From an uncultured Pseudomonadota bacterium (GTDB taxonomy: Bacteria; Pseudomonadota; Alphaproteobacteria; JACZXZ01), in contig CAVVLJ010000017.1 of the NCBI GenBank assembly GCA_963749075.1, positions 576,001 through 640,000 of the forward strand: 64,000 nucleotides of DNA. Direction: 5' to 3'. The position numbers and the translations under genes are program-made. Numbering within the stretch: the stretch's first letter is position 1; each line of letters starts with the position of its first letter. This document shows positions 18,773 through 27,765 of the stretch, in pieces. The notes under the pieces were generated by a model that was not told the origin of the DNA, did not search any database, and saw only the letters and a list, made by a program, of their open reading frames with translations.

Positions 18773-20092
18773 ATGCCCGATACGCTTTCGCCCGTAGCGG
18801 CCGGCCTCCTCGACGTGCGCGGCGTGCGTCAGGCGTTCCCCAAGCCCGCGGGCGGCGAGGCCGTCGTGCTCGAGGACGTCAATCTCACGCTTCGCGAGGG
18901 CGAGATCGTCGGCCTGCTCGGCCGCTCGGGCTCGGGCAAGTCGACCTTGCTCCGCATCATTGCCGGGCTCATCCGGCCGCGCGCCGGCGAGGTGATCTAC
19001 GAGGGCAAGCTGCTCGACTGCCCCGCCCAGGGCATCGCGATGGTGTTCCAGACCTTTGCCCTCTTCCCCTGGCTCAGCGTGCTGGAGAACGCCGAGATCG
19101 GCCTCGAGGCGCGCGGCCTGCCCGAGCCCGAGACCCGCCGCCGCGCCCTCTCGGCGATCGACCTCATCGGGCTCGACGGCTACGAGTCCGCCTATCCGCG
19201 CGAGCTCTCGGGCGGCATGCGCCAGCGCGTCGGCTTCGCCCGCGCCCTCGTCGTCGAGCCGAAGGTGCTGCTCATGGACGAGCCCTTCTCGGCCCTCGAC
19301 GTGCTGACCGCCGAGACGCTGCGCACCGACTTCCTCGATCTCTGGATCGAGAAACGCATGCCGATCAAGGCCGTGCTGCTGGTCACCCACAACATCGAGG
19401 AGGCGGTCTTCATGTGCGACCGCATCCTCATCTTCTCCTCCAATCCGGGCCGCGTGATCGCCGAGATCAAGGTGCCCTTCGCGCACCCGCGCAACCGCCT
19501 CGACCCGGCCTTCCGCCAGATGGTCGACGACATCTACGCGCGCATGACGGCGCGCCCCGCCGCCGTCGCCGGGGTTCCCGGCAAGGCGCCGGCGCTCGGC
19601 CTCTTCGACAAGCTGCCGCGCGTCTCGGTCAACCTGCTCTCGGGCCTGATGGAGACCGTCGCAGCACCGCCCTATCAGGGCCGCGCCGACTTGCCGGCGA
19701 TCGCGGCCACGCTCCAGCTCGAGGTCGACGATCTCTTCCCGATCGCGGAAGCGCTGCAGATCATGGGCTTCGCCGAGCTCGCCCAGGGCGACATCCAGCT
19801 CACCGCCGCCGGCCGCCTCTTCGCCGAGTCGGACACCGAGACGCGCAAGCGCGTCTTCGCCGACCATCTCGTGCGCTCGGTGCCGCTTGCGGCGCACATG
19901 CGCCGGGTGCTCGACGAGCGGCCAGGGCATCGCGCGCCCCGCATCCGCTTCGAGGCCGAGATCGAGGACCATCTTCCCGAGGAGGACGCGCAGGAGACGC
20001 TGCGCGCGGTGATCAGCTGGGGGCGCTACGCCGAGCTCTTCTCCTACGACGACGAGGCCGAGATGTTCAGCCTCGAGAACCCCGCGGCGTGA
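18773..20092 (+). CDS. ABC ATP-binding protein (NitT/TauT type, with C-terminal extra domain)
   Basis: Walker A GRSGSGKS, LSGGM, LLMDEPFSALD, and a ~170 aa C-terminal extension ending WGRYAELFSYD. Confidence 0.93.
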   Translation: MPDTLSPVAAGLLDVRGVRQAFPKPAGGEAVVLEDVNLTLREGEIVGLLGRSGSGKSTLLRIIAGLIRPRAGEVIYEGKLLDCPAQGIAMVFQTFALFPWLSVLENAEIGLEARGLPEPETRRRALSAIDLIGLDGYESAYPRELSGGMRQRVGFARALVVEPKVLLMDEPFSALDVLTAETLRTDFLDLWIEKRMPIKAVLLVTHNIEEAVFMCDRILIFSSNPGRVIAEIKVPFAHPRNRLDPAFRQMVDDIYARMTARPAAVAGVPGKAPALGLFDKLPRVSVNLLSGLMETVAAPPYQGRADLPAIAATLQLEVDDLFPIAEALQIMGFAELAQGDIQLTAAGRLFAESDTETRKRVFADHLVRSVPLAAHMRRVLDERPGHRAPRIRFEAEIEDHLPEEDAQETLRAVISWGRYAELFSYDDEAEMFSLENPAA

Positions 20093-20129
20093 GCGGAGCG
20101 CCCTCGTCCGGCCAGGACGGGAGGGCCCA

Positions 20130-21209
20130 ATGGCGAGCCTGATTGCGGCAACGCGTGCCTACGAGCGCTGGATGCGGCAGCACATCGCCGTGGTCGGGCG
20201 CGACCTCGCCTTGAAGCACAAGCTCATGGCGGAGGACCCGTTTTCCTTCATGCGCGCGACCTTCTATCGCTGGACCGCGGTGTGGCAGTCCGCCTGCCCC
20301 GATCTCGCCGCGGCACGGCAGGTCCTCGCGGTGGGCGACCTCCACGTCGAGAACTTCGGCACCTGGCGCGACGCCGAGGGACGCCTGGTCTGGGGCATCA
20401 ACGACGTGGACGAGGCCGCCGCCATGCCCTACACGATCGACTTGGTGCGCCTCGCCACGAGCGCCCTCCTGGCGCGCCGCGAAGAGCATCTCGCGATCAC
20501 CCCCAAGGCGGCCTGCAAGGCGATCCTCGCCGGCTATACGAGCCAGCTTCAAGGTGGTGCCTCCGCCTTCGTGCTCGAGGAGAAGCACGGCACCTTGCGG
20601 GCGGCGGCTCTCTCCGCGGAGCGCGATCCGGAGCGCTTCTGGGCCAAGATGGACGGGCTCAAGCCGTGCAAGACGCCGGCCCGGGTCAAGAAACTGCTCG
20701 CCGCCCATTTGCCGGCGCCGCGCATGAAGTTCCACGTCGTCCACCGCATCTCGGGGCTGGGCAGCCTCGGCCGTCCCCGCTATGTGGCGCTCGCCGCCTG
20801 GGAGGGAGCGCAGATCGCCCGCGAGGCCAAGGCCATGCTGCCGTCGGCCTACAACTGGGCCATGGGGATGCCGGAGGAGGAGCTCCACTGCCACGCGATT
20901 CTCGCACGCGCGGTGCGCTGCCAGGATCCTTACTTCGCAGTCAGCAAGCGCTATCTCGTGCGCCGCCTCGGGCCGCACTGCTCGCGCATCGAGCTCACGA
21001 TGCTGCCGAAGACGCGGAACGAGAAGCGCCTCCTCGAGGCCATGGGGCGCGAGACGGCGAACCTCCACCTCGGCAGCGGCTCGGCTTGCGCCGCGGTGCG
21101 CGACGACCTGGCGGCGCGGCCCAAGGGCTGGTTGCTGGCGGCGGCGCGGACCATGCTCGACGCGACGCTCGCCGACTGGAAAACGTGGCAGTCGAGCCGT
21201 CAGCGATAG
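20130..21209 (+). CDS. DUF2252-family kinase-like protein
   Basis: PFSFMRATFY, GDLHVENFG, INDVDEA, GLGSLG.PRY. Confidence 0.8.
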   Translation: MASLIAATRAYERWMRQHIAVVGRDLALKHKLMAEDPFSFMRATFYRWTAVWQSACPDLAAARQVLAVGDLHVENFGTWRDAEGRLVWGINDVDEAAAMPYTIDLVRLATSALLARREEHLAITPKAACKAILAGYTSQLQGGASAFVLEEKHGTLRAAALSAERDPERFWAKMDGLKPCKTPARVKKLLAAHLPAPRMKFHVVHRISGLGSLGRPRYVALAAWEGAQIAREAKAMLPSAYNWAMGMPEEELHCHAILARAVRCQDPYFAVSKRYLVRRLGPHCSRIELTMLPKTRNEKRLLEAMGRETANLHLGSGSACAAVRDDLAARPKGWLLAAARTMLDATLADWKTWQSSRQR

Positions 21210-21222
21210 CGGCCGTCCGGCC

Positions 21223-21290
21223 AAAACAAAACCCGCGCGGCAAGCCGCGCGGGAAGGTTTAGGGAAATACGCGAACGGGTACTTCGCACG
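21223..21290 (-). ncRNA. Candidate ~70-nt sRNA (suhB/MmgR-like architecture)
   Basis: Downstream of a canonical sigma70 promoter. Has a 5' hairpin GCGAA...TTCGC, unpaired TTTCCCTAAACCTT, and terminator CCCGCGCGG-CTTG-CCGCGCGGG-TTTTGTTTT. No ORF. Confidence 0.6.
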
Positions 21291-21296
21291 GTTCGA

Positions 21297-21325
21297 AGCC
21301 TACCCGATGCAACTGATCGTGTCAA
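21297..21325 (-). promoter_or_regulatory. Sigma70 promoter
   Basis: TTGACA (21325-21320), 17-bp spacer, TAGGCT (21302-21297). Confidence 0.7.
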
Positions 21326-21394
21326 GGGAAAAGTAATAGGGTTCCACAATCTTTACCATGGGCGCCGCCGCCGCTCCCCCGCGGCGCGGCGCCC

Positions 21395-21586
21395 TCACTG
21401 CTGGTTGAGCTCGATGTTCGGGGTGCAATTGCGCTTGCCGTAGCCCACGCAGGCCTGGGTCTTGTTCCAATCGTAGAAGGTGGTGGCGAGCCAATAGAGC
21501 AGCACCACGCCGGCGACCACCGCGACGATGACGAGGTAGCTGCTGCTGCCGTGGGACTCGTCGTCGTCAGGCTCCTCGCCGCTCAT
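21395..21586 (-). CDS. Small single-TM protein with C-x3-GKRNC motif
   Basis: MSGEEPDDDESHGSSSYLVIVAVVAGVVLLYWLATTFYDWNKTQACVGYGKRNCTPNIELNQQ. GGGAG RBS. Confidence 0.7.
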   Translation of the reverse strand: MSGEEPDDDESHGSSSYLVIVAVVAGVVLLYWLATTFYDWNKTQACVGYGKRNCTPNIELNQQ

Positions 21587-21609
21587 CTCCCGAGGCTTTC
21601 GCGACGGCG

Positions 21610-21873
21610 TCAGTCGGCCAGCGCGTCGGCGGCATTGCCGCTGCCGCCGAAACGCGGGCGATATTGACGATTGAGCTCGATCGGCGGGGTGCAGTTGCGC
21701 TTGCCCATGGTGACGCAGGTCTGGATCTTGTCCCACTCGGCGAAGCGGACGGACAGCCAGTAGAAGAGTGCCACCCCCACCAGCACCGCCAGCAGCACGG
21801 CATATTCGCGCAAGATCGAGCCGCGCGGGCCTTGCTCGCCGGCACGGGCATCGTTGTCGTTCGCGGGCGGCAC
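21610..21873 (-). CDS. Small single-TM protein with C-x3-GKRNC motif (paralog; start uncertain)
   Basis: ...YAVLLAVLVGVALFYWLSVRFAEWDKIQTCVTMGKRNCTPPIELNRQ aligns with the neighbouring ORF. Confidence 0.65.
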   Translation of the reverse strand: MPPANDNDARAGEQGPRGSILREYAVLLAVLVGVALFYWLSVRFAEWDKIQTCVTMGKRNCTPPIELNRQYRPRFGGSGNAADALAD

Positions 21874-22055
21874 CAGGGCGCGCCGCCCGCCTCGCCGCAG
21901 CTCACGCCTCATGCGTCCACAGGCTCCTGCCCGAATTCCCGGCAATCATAGCAGGACTCGGGTCGGAGGGGACCATGAGATCCGCTGATCGGCTCGCGGA
22001 GCTACGCGGAGTGCGGCGGCCGGGCGCTCCGCCCGCCTTCCGGCCGGCGTTTCGC

Positions 22056-22391
22056 CTATGCCGCCCTGTTGTCGCGGCGCAGGTAGGCCTGCGCGCAATG
22101 CTTGGCGCAATAGGGCCGTCCGGGCTCGATCGGCGCGCCGCAGAACTTGAAGTCCTGGGTCGAAGGATCGCCGATGGGCCATTGGCAGGACGGACCCTTG
22201 TGCTTGGCGCGCCGGGCCGCAGGGTTCTCCGAACGGATCGGCGATGGCCGGCTCGCGAGGCCGAGCCGGTGCGCCTTGCCGATCACCGCGTTGCGCGTAA
22301 CCGTGCCCAGCCGCTGGGCAATCTGGCTGGCCGACAGGCCCTCGGCCCACAGAAGCTGCAAGGTCGAAACCTGTTCCTCTGTCCAATTCAT
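22056..22391 (-). CDS. gcrA: GcrA-family cell-cycle regulator (short, 111 aa)
   Basis: MNWTEE....L..LWAEGLSASQIA..LG.VTRNAVIGKAHRLGL; C.WPIGDP....F.FCG......PYC..H...AY. Confidence 0.9.
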   Translation of the reverse strand: MNWTEEQVSTLQLLWAEGLSASQIAQRLGTVTRNAVIGKAHRLGLASRPSPIRSENPAARRAKHKGPSCQWPIGDPSTQDFKFCGAPIEPGRPYCAKHCAQAYLRRDNRAA

Positions 22392-22570
22392 GCCGTACCT
22401 CAACACATCTAGTAGGCATCCACCTTGACATTCACAAGATAATGGGGGTAGCGACAAGAGTCACATATTTTTTACGGCGCCCGCGCCCATTTTGAGCAGC
22501 CCAGATCTTTGGCGGAAAAAGTGGGATATTCGTCATTGCTGCCAAAGCGGCAATACCGCAGAATTCGGCC

Positions 22571-23641
22571 ATGAGCACGGCTGATCCCGAGCGCGCGGCA
22601 GAGCCTGGCGGTCCTCCGAGCCGCACCATAGCGCTCGTCATCTTCCCCGGCTTCCAGCTCCTCGACCTGGCCGGCCCCCTCGCTGTCTTCGACTCGGCGT
22701 CGCACCTCCTTCCGCAGCGTCCCTCCGGCGGCGCGGGCGGCTATGCCGCGCGCGTGCTCGCCGTCTCGGCCGGGCCGGTCAAGAGCTCGGCCGGGCTCGA
22801 GGTCATGGCGCAGGGCAGCATCCACGACGCCATGGCGGGGATCGACACGCTCCTCATCGCGGGAGGCCAGGGCAGCCGTGCCGCAGCCGAGGACGCGGCG
22901 CTGCTCGCCTGGCTTCGCCGGATGGCGCCCGCGGTGCGGCGGCTCGGCTCCATCTGCACGGGTGCGTTCGTCCTCGCCGCAGCTGGGCTCCTCGAGGGCA
23001 GGCGCGCCACCACCCACTGGGCATCCTGCCGCACGCTCGCCCGCCGCTACCCCGCGATCGCGGTGGAGGCGGACGCGATCCATGTGCGCGACGGCAAGAT
23101 CTACACCTCCGCCGGGGTCACCGCCGGCATGGATCTGGCGCTCGCCCTCGTCGAGGAGGATTGCGGCCGCGAATTGGCGCTCGCCACCGCACGCTGGCTC
23201 GTCATGTTCGTGAAGCGCCCCGGCGGCCAGTCGCAGTTCAGCGCGGAGCTTGCGGCACAGCAGGCCGAGCGCGCGCCGATCCGCGCCCTTCAGGACTGGA
23301 TCTTGGCCCATCTCGCGGACGACCTCTCGGTCGGCGCGCTTGCCGCGCGCGCGGCGATGAGCCCGCGCAATTTCGCCCGCATCTTCCTCGGCGAGACCGG
23401 CACCACGCCCGGCGATTTCGTCGCCACGGCGCGCCTCGCGGCGGCGCGCCGGCAGCTCGAGGACTCAGGGCGCGCGATCGAGAGCGTGGCGCTCGGCACC
23501 GGCTTCGGCAGCGCCGAGCGCATGCGCCGCACCTTCCTCCGCCGCCTCGGCGTGAACCCGCACGACTACCGCCGCCGCTTCCGCTCGGCGCCGCCCGCCG
23601 CTGCGCCCGGTGCACAGGCAAGCGATGGAGCGCAGCCATGA
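22571..23641 (+). CDS. GlxA-family (DJ-1 + AraC) regulator
   Basis: SICTGAF.LA.AGLL.GRRATTHW, TSAGVTAGMDLAL, RPGGQSQFS, AraC HTH. Confidence 0.93.
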   Translation: MSTADPERAAEPGGPPSRTIALVIFPGFQLLDLAGPLAVFDSASHLLPQRPSGGAGGYAARVLAVSAGPVKSSAGLEVMAQGSIHDAMAGIDTLLIAGGQGSRAAAEDAALLAWLRRMAPAVRRLGSICTGAFVLAAAGLLEGRRATTHWASCRTLARRYPAIAVEADAIHVRDGKIYTSAGVTAGMDLALALVEEDCGRELALATARWLVMFVKRPGGQSQFSAELAAQQAERAPIRALQDWILAHLADDLSVGALAARAAMSPRNFARIFLGETGTTPGDFVATARLAAARRQLEDSGRAIESVALGTGFGSAERMRRTFLRRLGVNPHDYRRRFRSAPPAAAPGAQASDGAQP

Positions 23642-24231
23642 CGCTTACGACCGGCATTCTCCTCTTCGACGACGCCGAGGAGCTCGACGCGGTCGGGCCC
23701 TGGGAGGTCTTCACCATGGCCGCCAAGGGCAAGCCCGGCGACCGCGTCGTCACCATCGCACCCAGCGCCCAGCTGGTGCGCTGCGCCAAGGGCTTGCGCG
23801 TGTTCCCCGATCACGCTTTCGCCGACGCGCCGCCGCTCGACATCCTCGTGGTGCCCGGCGGCCAGGGCACGCGCCGCGAGGTCCACAACAAGGCGCTCCT
23901 CGCCTGGATCGAGGAGGCGAGCCGGCCGTGCCGCTGGATCACCAGCGTCTGCACCGGCTCGCTCCTCCTCGCCGAGGCGGGTCCCGCGCGCGGCAAGCGC
24001 GTCGCCACCCATTGGGCCTTCGCCGACACGCTGCAAGCGCGCGGCACGGCCGAGGTGGTGCGCGGCGTGCGCTTCGTGCGCGACGGCAAGGTGGTGAGCT
24101 CGGCCGGCGTCTCAGCCGGCATCGACATGGCGCTCTGGCTCGTGGGCCAGCTCTACGGTCCGGCCTATGCGCGCGAGGTCCAGCGCAACATGGAATACGA
24201 TCCCGCCCCTCCCTATACGGCCGAGGTGTAG
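23638..24231 (+). CDS. DJ-1/PfpI family protein (isonitrile hydratase-like)
   Basis: ELD.VGPWEVF, VVPGG.G, SVCTGS, SAGVSAGIDMAL, EYDPAPP. ATGA overlap with the upstream gene. Confidence 0.9.
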   Translation: MTLTTGILLFDDAEELDAVGPWEVFTMAAKGKPGDRVVTIAPSAQLVRCAKGLRVFPDHAFADAPPLDILVVPGGQGTRREVHNKALLAWIEEASRPCRWITSVCTGSLLLAEAGPARGKRVATHWAFADTLQARGTAEVVRGVRFVRDGKVVSSAGVSAGIDMALWLVGQLYGPAYAREVQRNMEYDPAPPYTAEV

Positions 24232-24242
24232 CGGAACGCCGC

Positions 24243-25232
24243 TCAGGCGTTCACGTCGACCACGGTGCGGCCGCGCAGCTCGCCCTTGAGGATGCGGGGT
24301 GCGAGCGCGGGGAGTGCCGCGAGCGGCACCGTCTCGCTCATTTGGGCGAGCTTCTCGAGCGGCAGGTCGCGCGCGAGGCGAGCCCAGGCCTTGAGCCGGA
24401 GCTCCATCGGACACATCACGGAATCGATGCCGAGGAGGTTGACGCCGCGGAGGATGAAGGGCAGCACGGTCGTCGGCAGATCGTTGCCCCCGGCCAGGCC
24501 GCAGGCGGCGACGGAGCCGCGGTATTTGATCTGGGCGAGGACGTTGGCGAGCGTGTTGCTGCCGACCGTATCGACCGCCCCCGCCCAGCGCTCAGGCTGC
24601 AGCGGCCGCGTCGGCTTCTCGGCGAGCTCCGCGCGCGCGACGATGGAGACCGCGCCGAGCGACTTGAGATAGGCGTGCTGCTCGGCGCGCCCGGTCGAGG
24701 CGGCGAGCTTGTAGCCGAGCCTGGCCAGCACGGCGAGGGCAACGCTGCCTACCCCGCCCGCGGCGCCCGTGACCAGCACCTCGCCCTGGTCCGCCGCAAC
24801 GCCATGGGCCTCGAGCGCCATCACAGAGAGCATGGCGGTGAAGCCCGCCGTGCCGATGGCCATGGCTTCGCGCGTCGAGAGTCCCTTCGGAAGCGGCACC
24901 AGCCACGCCGCCTTGACGCGCGCCTTCTGGGCGTAGCCGCCCCAGTGGAGCTCGCCCACCCGCCAGCCGGTGAGCACCACCTTGTCGCCGGGGGCAAAGG
25001 CGGGCGAGCTCGACGCCTCCACGGTGCCGGCGAAGTCGATGCCCGGGACGTGCGGGTATTGCCGCACCAGCCGGCCGAGACCGCCGAGGATGAGACCGTC
25101 CTTGTAGTTGAGCGTCGAATATTCGACGCGGACGGTGACGTCGCCCTCAGGGAGCTCGGCCTCCTCGAGGGTCGCGACCGCGGCGCTCACCTTGCCGCCC
25201 GCCTCCTCGAGCCGGATCGCCCTGAAGCTCAT
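24243..25232 (-). CDS. acuI: Acrylyl-CoA reductase AcuI/YhdH-family MDR oxidoreductase
   Basis: YSTLNYKD, PGIDFAG, IGTAGFTAML, VTGAAGGVGS, PFILRGV.LLGIDSV. Confidence 0.9.
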   Translation of the reverse strand: MSFRAIRLEEAGGKVSAAVATLEEAELPEGDVTVRVEYSTLNYKDGLILGGLGRLVRQYPHVPGIDFAGTVEASSSPAFAPGDKVVLTGWRVGELHWGGYAQKARVKAAWLVPLPKGLSTREAMAIGTAGFTAMLSVMALEAHGVAADQGEVLVTGAAGGVGSVALAVLARLGYKLAASTGRAEQHAYLKSLGAVSIVARAELAEKPTRPLQPERWAGAVDTVGSNTLANVLAQIKYRGSVAACGLAGGNDLPTTVLPFILRGVNLLGIDSVMCPMELRLKAWARLARDLPLEKLAQMSETVPLAALPALAPRILKGELRGRTVVDVNA

Positions 25233-25254
25233 GCCGCTCCCCCCGCGGCCGCGC

Positions 25255-26421
25255 TCAGCGCAGCGCCTCGAGGATGCTCGCGTAATTGGCGACCCCGGCG
25301 CCGCCCATGTTGAAGGCGCCGGCCAGCTTGGCGCCCGGCACCTGCATGGCGCCGGCCTCGCCGCGCACCTGGAGTGCCGCCATGATGTGCATGGAGACGC
25401 CGGTGGCGCCGATCGGGTGGCCCTTGGATTTGAGGCCGCCCGAGGGATTGACCGGCAGCCTGCCCTCCTTCTCGGTCCAGCCCTCCTCGATGGCGCGATA
25501 CCCTTCGCCGGGTGCGGTCAGGCCCATCGCCTCGTACTGCATGAGCTCGGCGATGGTGAAGCAGTCGTGCGTCTCGACGAGGTCGAGATCGGTGATGGCG
25601 ACGCCGGCATCCGCGAGGGCCAGGCGCCACGCCTCGCTGCAGCCCTCGAACTGCGTCATGTCGCGCCGGCTCATCGGCAGGAAGTCGTTGACGTGGGATG
25701 CTGCGCGGAAGAACACGGCCTTCTTCATCGTGAGCGCAGTCGAGACGCTGGCCAGCACGATGGCCGCGGCACCGTCGGAGACGAGCGAGCAGTCGGTGCG
25801 GCGCAATGGAGCGGCGACCATCGGGTTCTTGTCGCTCACCGTGCGGCAGAACTCGTAGCCCAGGTCCTTGCGGATCTGGGCATAGGGATTGGCGACGCCG
25901 TTCTTGTGGTTCTTGGCCGCGATGCGCGCGAGGGCGTCGGAGCGGTCGCCGTAGCGTTGGAAATAGAGCTGGGCGATGCGGCCGAAGACGGCGGCGAAGC
26001 TGCCGCATTCCTCGCGCTCCTCCTTGGCGTAGCTCGCCTTCATGAGGAGCCCGCCGAGCACCTCGCCCGTGACCTCCGTCATCTTCTCGACGCCGACCAC
26101 GAGGACGATACGCGCGTCGCGCGCCCTGATCGCGCTGAGCCCCGCGTGCACCGCGGCCGAGCCGGTGGCGCAGGCGTTCTCGACCCGCGTCGCCGGCTTG
26201 AAGCGCAAGCTCTCGTCCGCCTGCAGCACGAGCGAGGAGGGGAAGTCCTGATAGACGAAGCCGCCGTTGAAATTGCCGACGAAGATGCGGTCGACGTCCT
26301 TGGCCTCGATGCCGGCGTCGGCGATGGCGCCCTTCGCCGCCGCGACGATCATGCTCTCGAGGTCGTCCGTCTCGCGCTTGCCGAACGGCAAGTGGCTCCA
26401 ACCGACGATGCAGGGGGTCAT
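25255..26421 (-). CDS. Thiolase (SCP2-type acetyl-CoA acetyltransferase)
   Basis: ENACATGSAA, DCSLVSDGAAA, ETHDCF, NPSGGLKSKGHPIGATG. Start MTPCIVGW with GAGGGAG RBS. Confidence 0.92.
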   Translation of the reverse strand: MTPCIVGWSHLPFGKRETDDLESMIVAAAKGAIADAGIEAKDVDRIFVGNFNGGFVYQDFPSSLVLQADESLRFKPATRVENACATGSAAVHAGLSAIRARDARIVLVVGVEKMTEVTGEVLGGLLMKASYAKEEREECGSFAAVFGRIAQLYFQRYGDRSDALARIAAKNHKNGVANPYAQIRKDLGYEFCRTVSDKNPMVAAPLRRTDCSLVSDGAAAIVLASVSTALTMKKAVFFRAASHVNDFLPMSRRDMTQFEGCSEAWRLALADAGVAITDLDLVETHDCFTIAELMQYEAMGLTAPGEGYRAIEEGWTEKEGRLPVNPSGGLKSKGHPIGATGVSMHIMAALQVRGEAGAMQVPGAKLAGAFNMGGAGVANYASILEALR

Positions 26422-26480
26422 GGCTCCCTCCCTCAAATGATGCGCGGCACCATAGCAGACGCAAGCGTCATGGGAAACGC

Positions 26481-27752
26481 TCAGGCCTTCTCGAAGTCGA
26501 TGCGCTCGTCGATGGGCAGGCCCTGGAGATGGCGGCGCAGGCAGTCGAGGCCCATCTCGACCGCTCCCAGGCGCAGCCATTCGCGCCCGCCCACGATGCG
26601 CGCGCGCCGCGAGGCGGCGTGCCCGCCGGACGCGATGGCAAGGCAGATGGTGCCGCCGAAGTCGATGCGCTCGGCGCCCTCGTCGGGGTCGACGAGCACC
26701 GCGAGCGCGTGGCTCGAGCCGGCCTGGGCGAGCGCCGCCCGGGCCACCGCTTCCGCGCTGCCGCGGGTGAGCTCGCCCGCAGGCGGTACCGCGGCGAGGC
26801 CGACGGCGGCGGCGATCTCTCTCGCATCGCGCGCCACCGTGCCGCGGCGGAAGATCGTCTCGGCGCCGGGCAAATGGGCGAGGCGGGCGGCGATCTGCCC
26901 GCCCGTGAAGGTCTCGACCACGGCGAGCGAGCCCTCTGCGCGCGCGAGTGCGGCGAGGACGACGCCCTCGAGCGTCTGGTCGTCCTCCGCCAGGATGAAA
27001 TTGCCGAGGCGGCGGCGCACCTCCGCCTCGACCGGGGCGAGCTTGCGGCGCACCTCTTCCATGTCGCTGCCGCGCACCGTGAGCTTGGTCTCGAGCTGGG
27101 GGTAATGGGCGCGGAAGCCGAGCTTGACGCCGCCGCCGGGCACCAGCTCCGCGACGCCGGAGAGGAGCGCATCCACGTGGGACTCGCCGAGGCCGTAGGA
27201 GTGGAAGCGCTTGAGATGGATCGCCGCCGCCGTGCCGCTCCGTGCAAGGAGCCGCGGCAGGATCTGCTCCTCGAGCATGCGGCGGAGCTCGCGCGGCACG
27301 CCGGGCGTGAAGAAGAAGCGCGCCTTGCCGATGTCGAGCGCGAAGCCGCAGGCGGTGCCGACCGGGTTGTCGAGGATCTCGGCACCTTGCGGCAGCATGG
27401 CCTGCTTGCGGTTGTTGGACGGCATCACGCGGCTGCGCCGGCGGAAATACTCCTCCATGCGCGCGAGCCATTCGGCGCTGAGGGCGAGCTCGACGCCGGC
27501 CGCTTGGGCCGCGGTCTCCTGGGAGAGGTCGTCGACCGTCGGGCCCAGGCCGCCGTTGACGATGACCGCGTCGGCGCGCGCCCCGGCAAGGCGGAAGGCC
27601 TCGAGCAGGCTCTCCCGGTCATCGCCGACCGTCGTCCCCCAGCGCACCGCGAGCCCGAAATCCTCGAGCTTCTGGCTCATGTAGCTGAAGTTGCTGTTGA
27701 CGATCTTGCCGGAGAGCACCTCGTCTCCGGTGCAGATGATCTCGATCCACAT
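26481..27752 (-). CDS. cinA: CinA-family protein (MoCF-like domain + PncC-like domain)
   Basis: IICTGDEVLSG.IVNSN, VGDD, GGLGPTVDDL, PGVPRE. C-terminal VETFTGG. Confidence 0.88.
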   Translation of the reverse strand: MWIEIICTGDEVLSGKIVNSNFSYMSQKLEDFGLAVRWGTTVGDDRESLLEAFRLAGARADAVIVNGGLGPTVDDLSQETAAQAAGVELALSAEWLARMEEYFRRRSRVMPSNNRKQAMLPQGAEILDNPVGTACGFALDIGKARFFFTPGVPRELRRMLEEQILPRLLARSGTAAAIHLKRFHSYGLGESHVDALLSGVAELVPGGGVKLGFRAHYPQLETKLTVRGSDMEEVRRKLAPVEAEVRRRLGNFILAEDDQTLEGVVLAALARAEGSLAVVETFTGGQIAARLAHLPGAETIFRRGTVARDAREIAAAVGLAAVPPAGELTRGSAEAVARAALAQAGSSHALAVLVDPDEGAERIDFGGTICLAIASGGHAASRRARIVGGREWLRLGAVEMGLDCLRRHLQGLPIDERIDFEKA

Positions 27753-27765
27753 GCGGACGGCCGTC

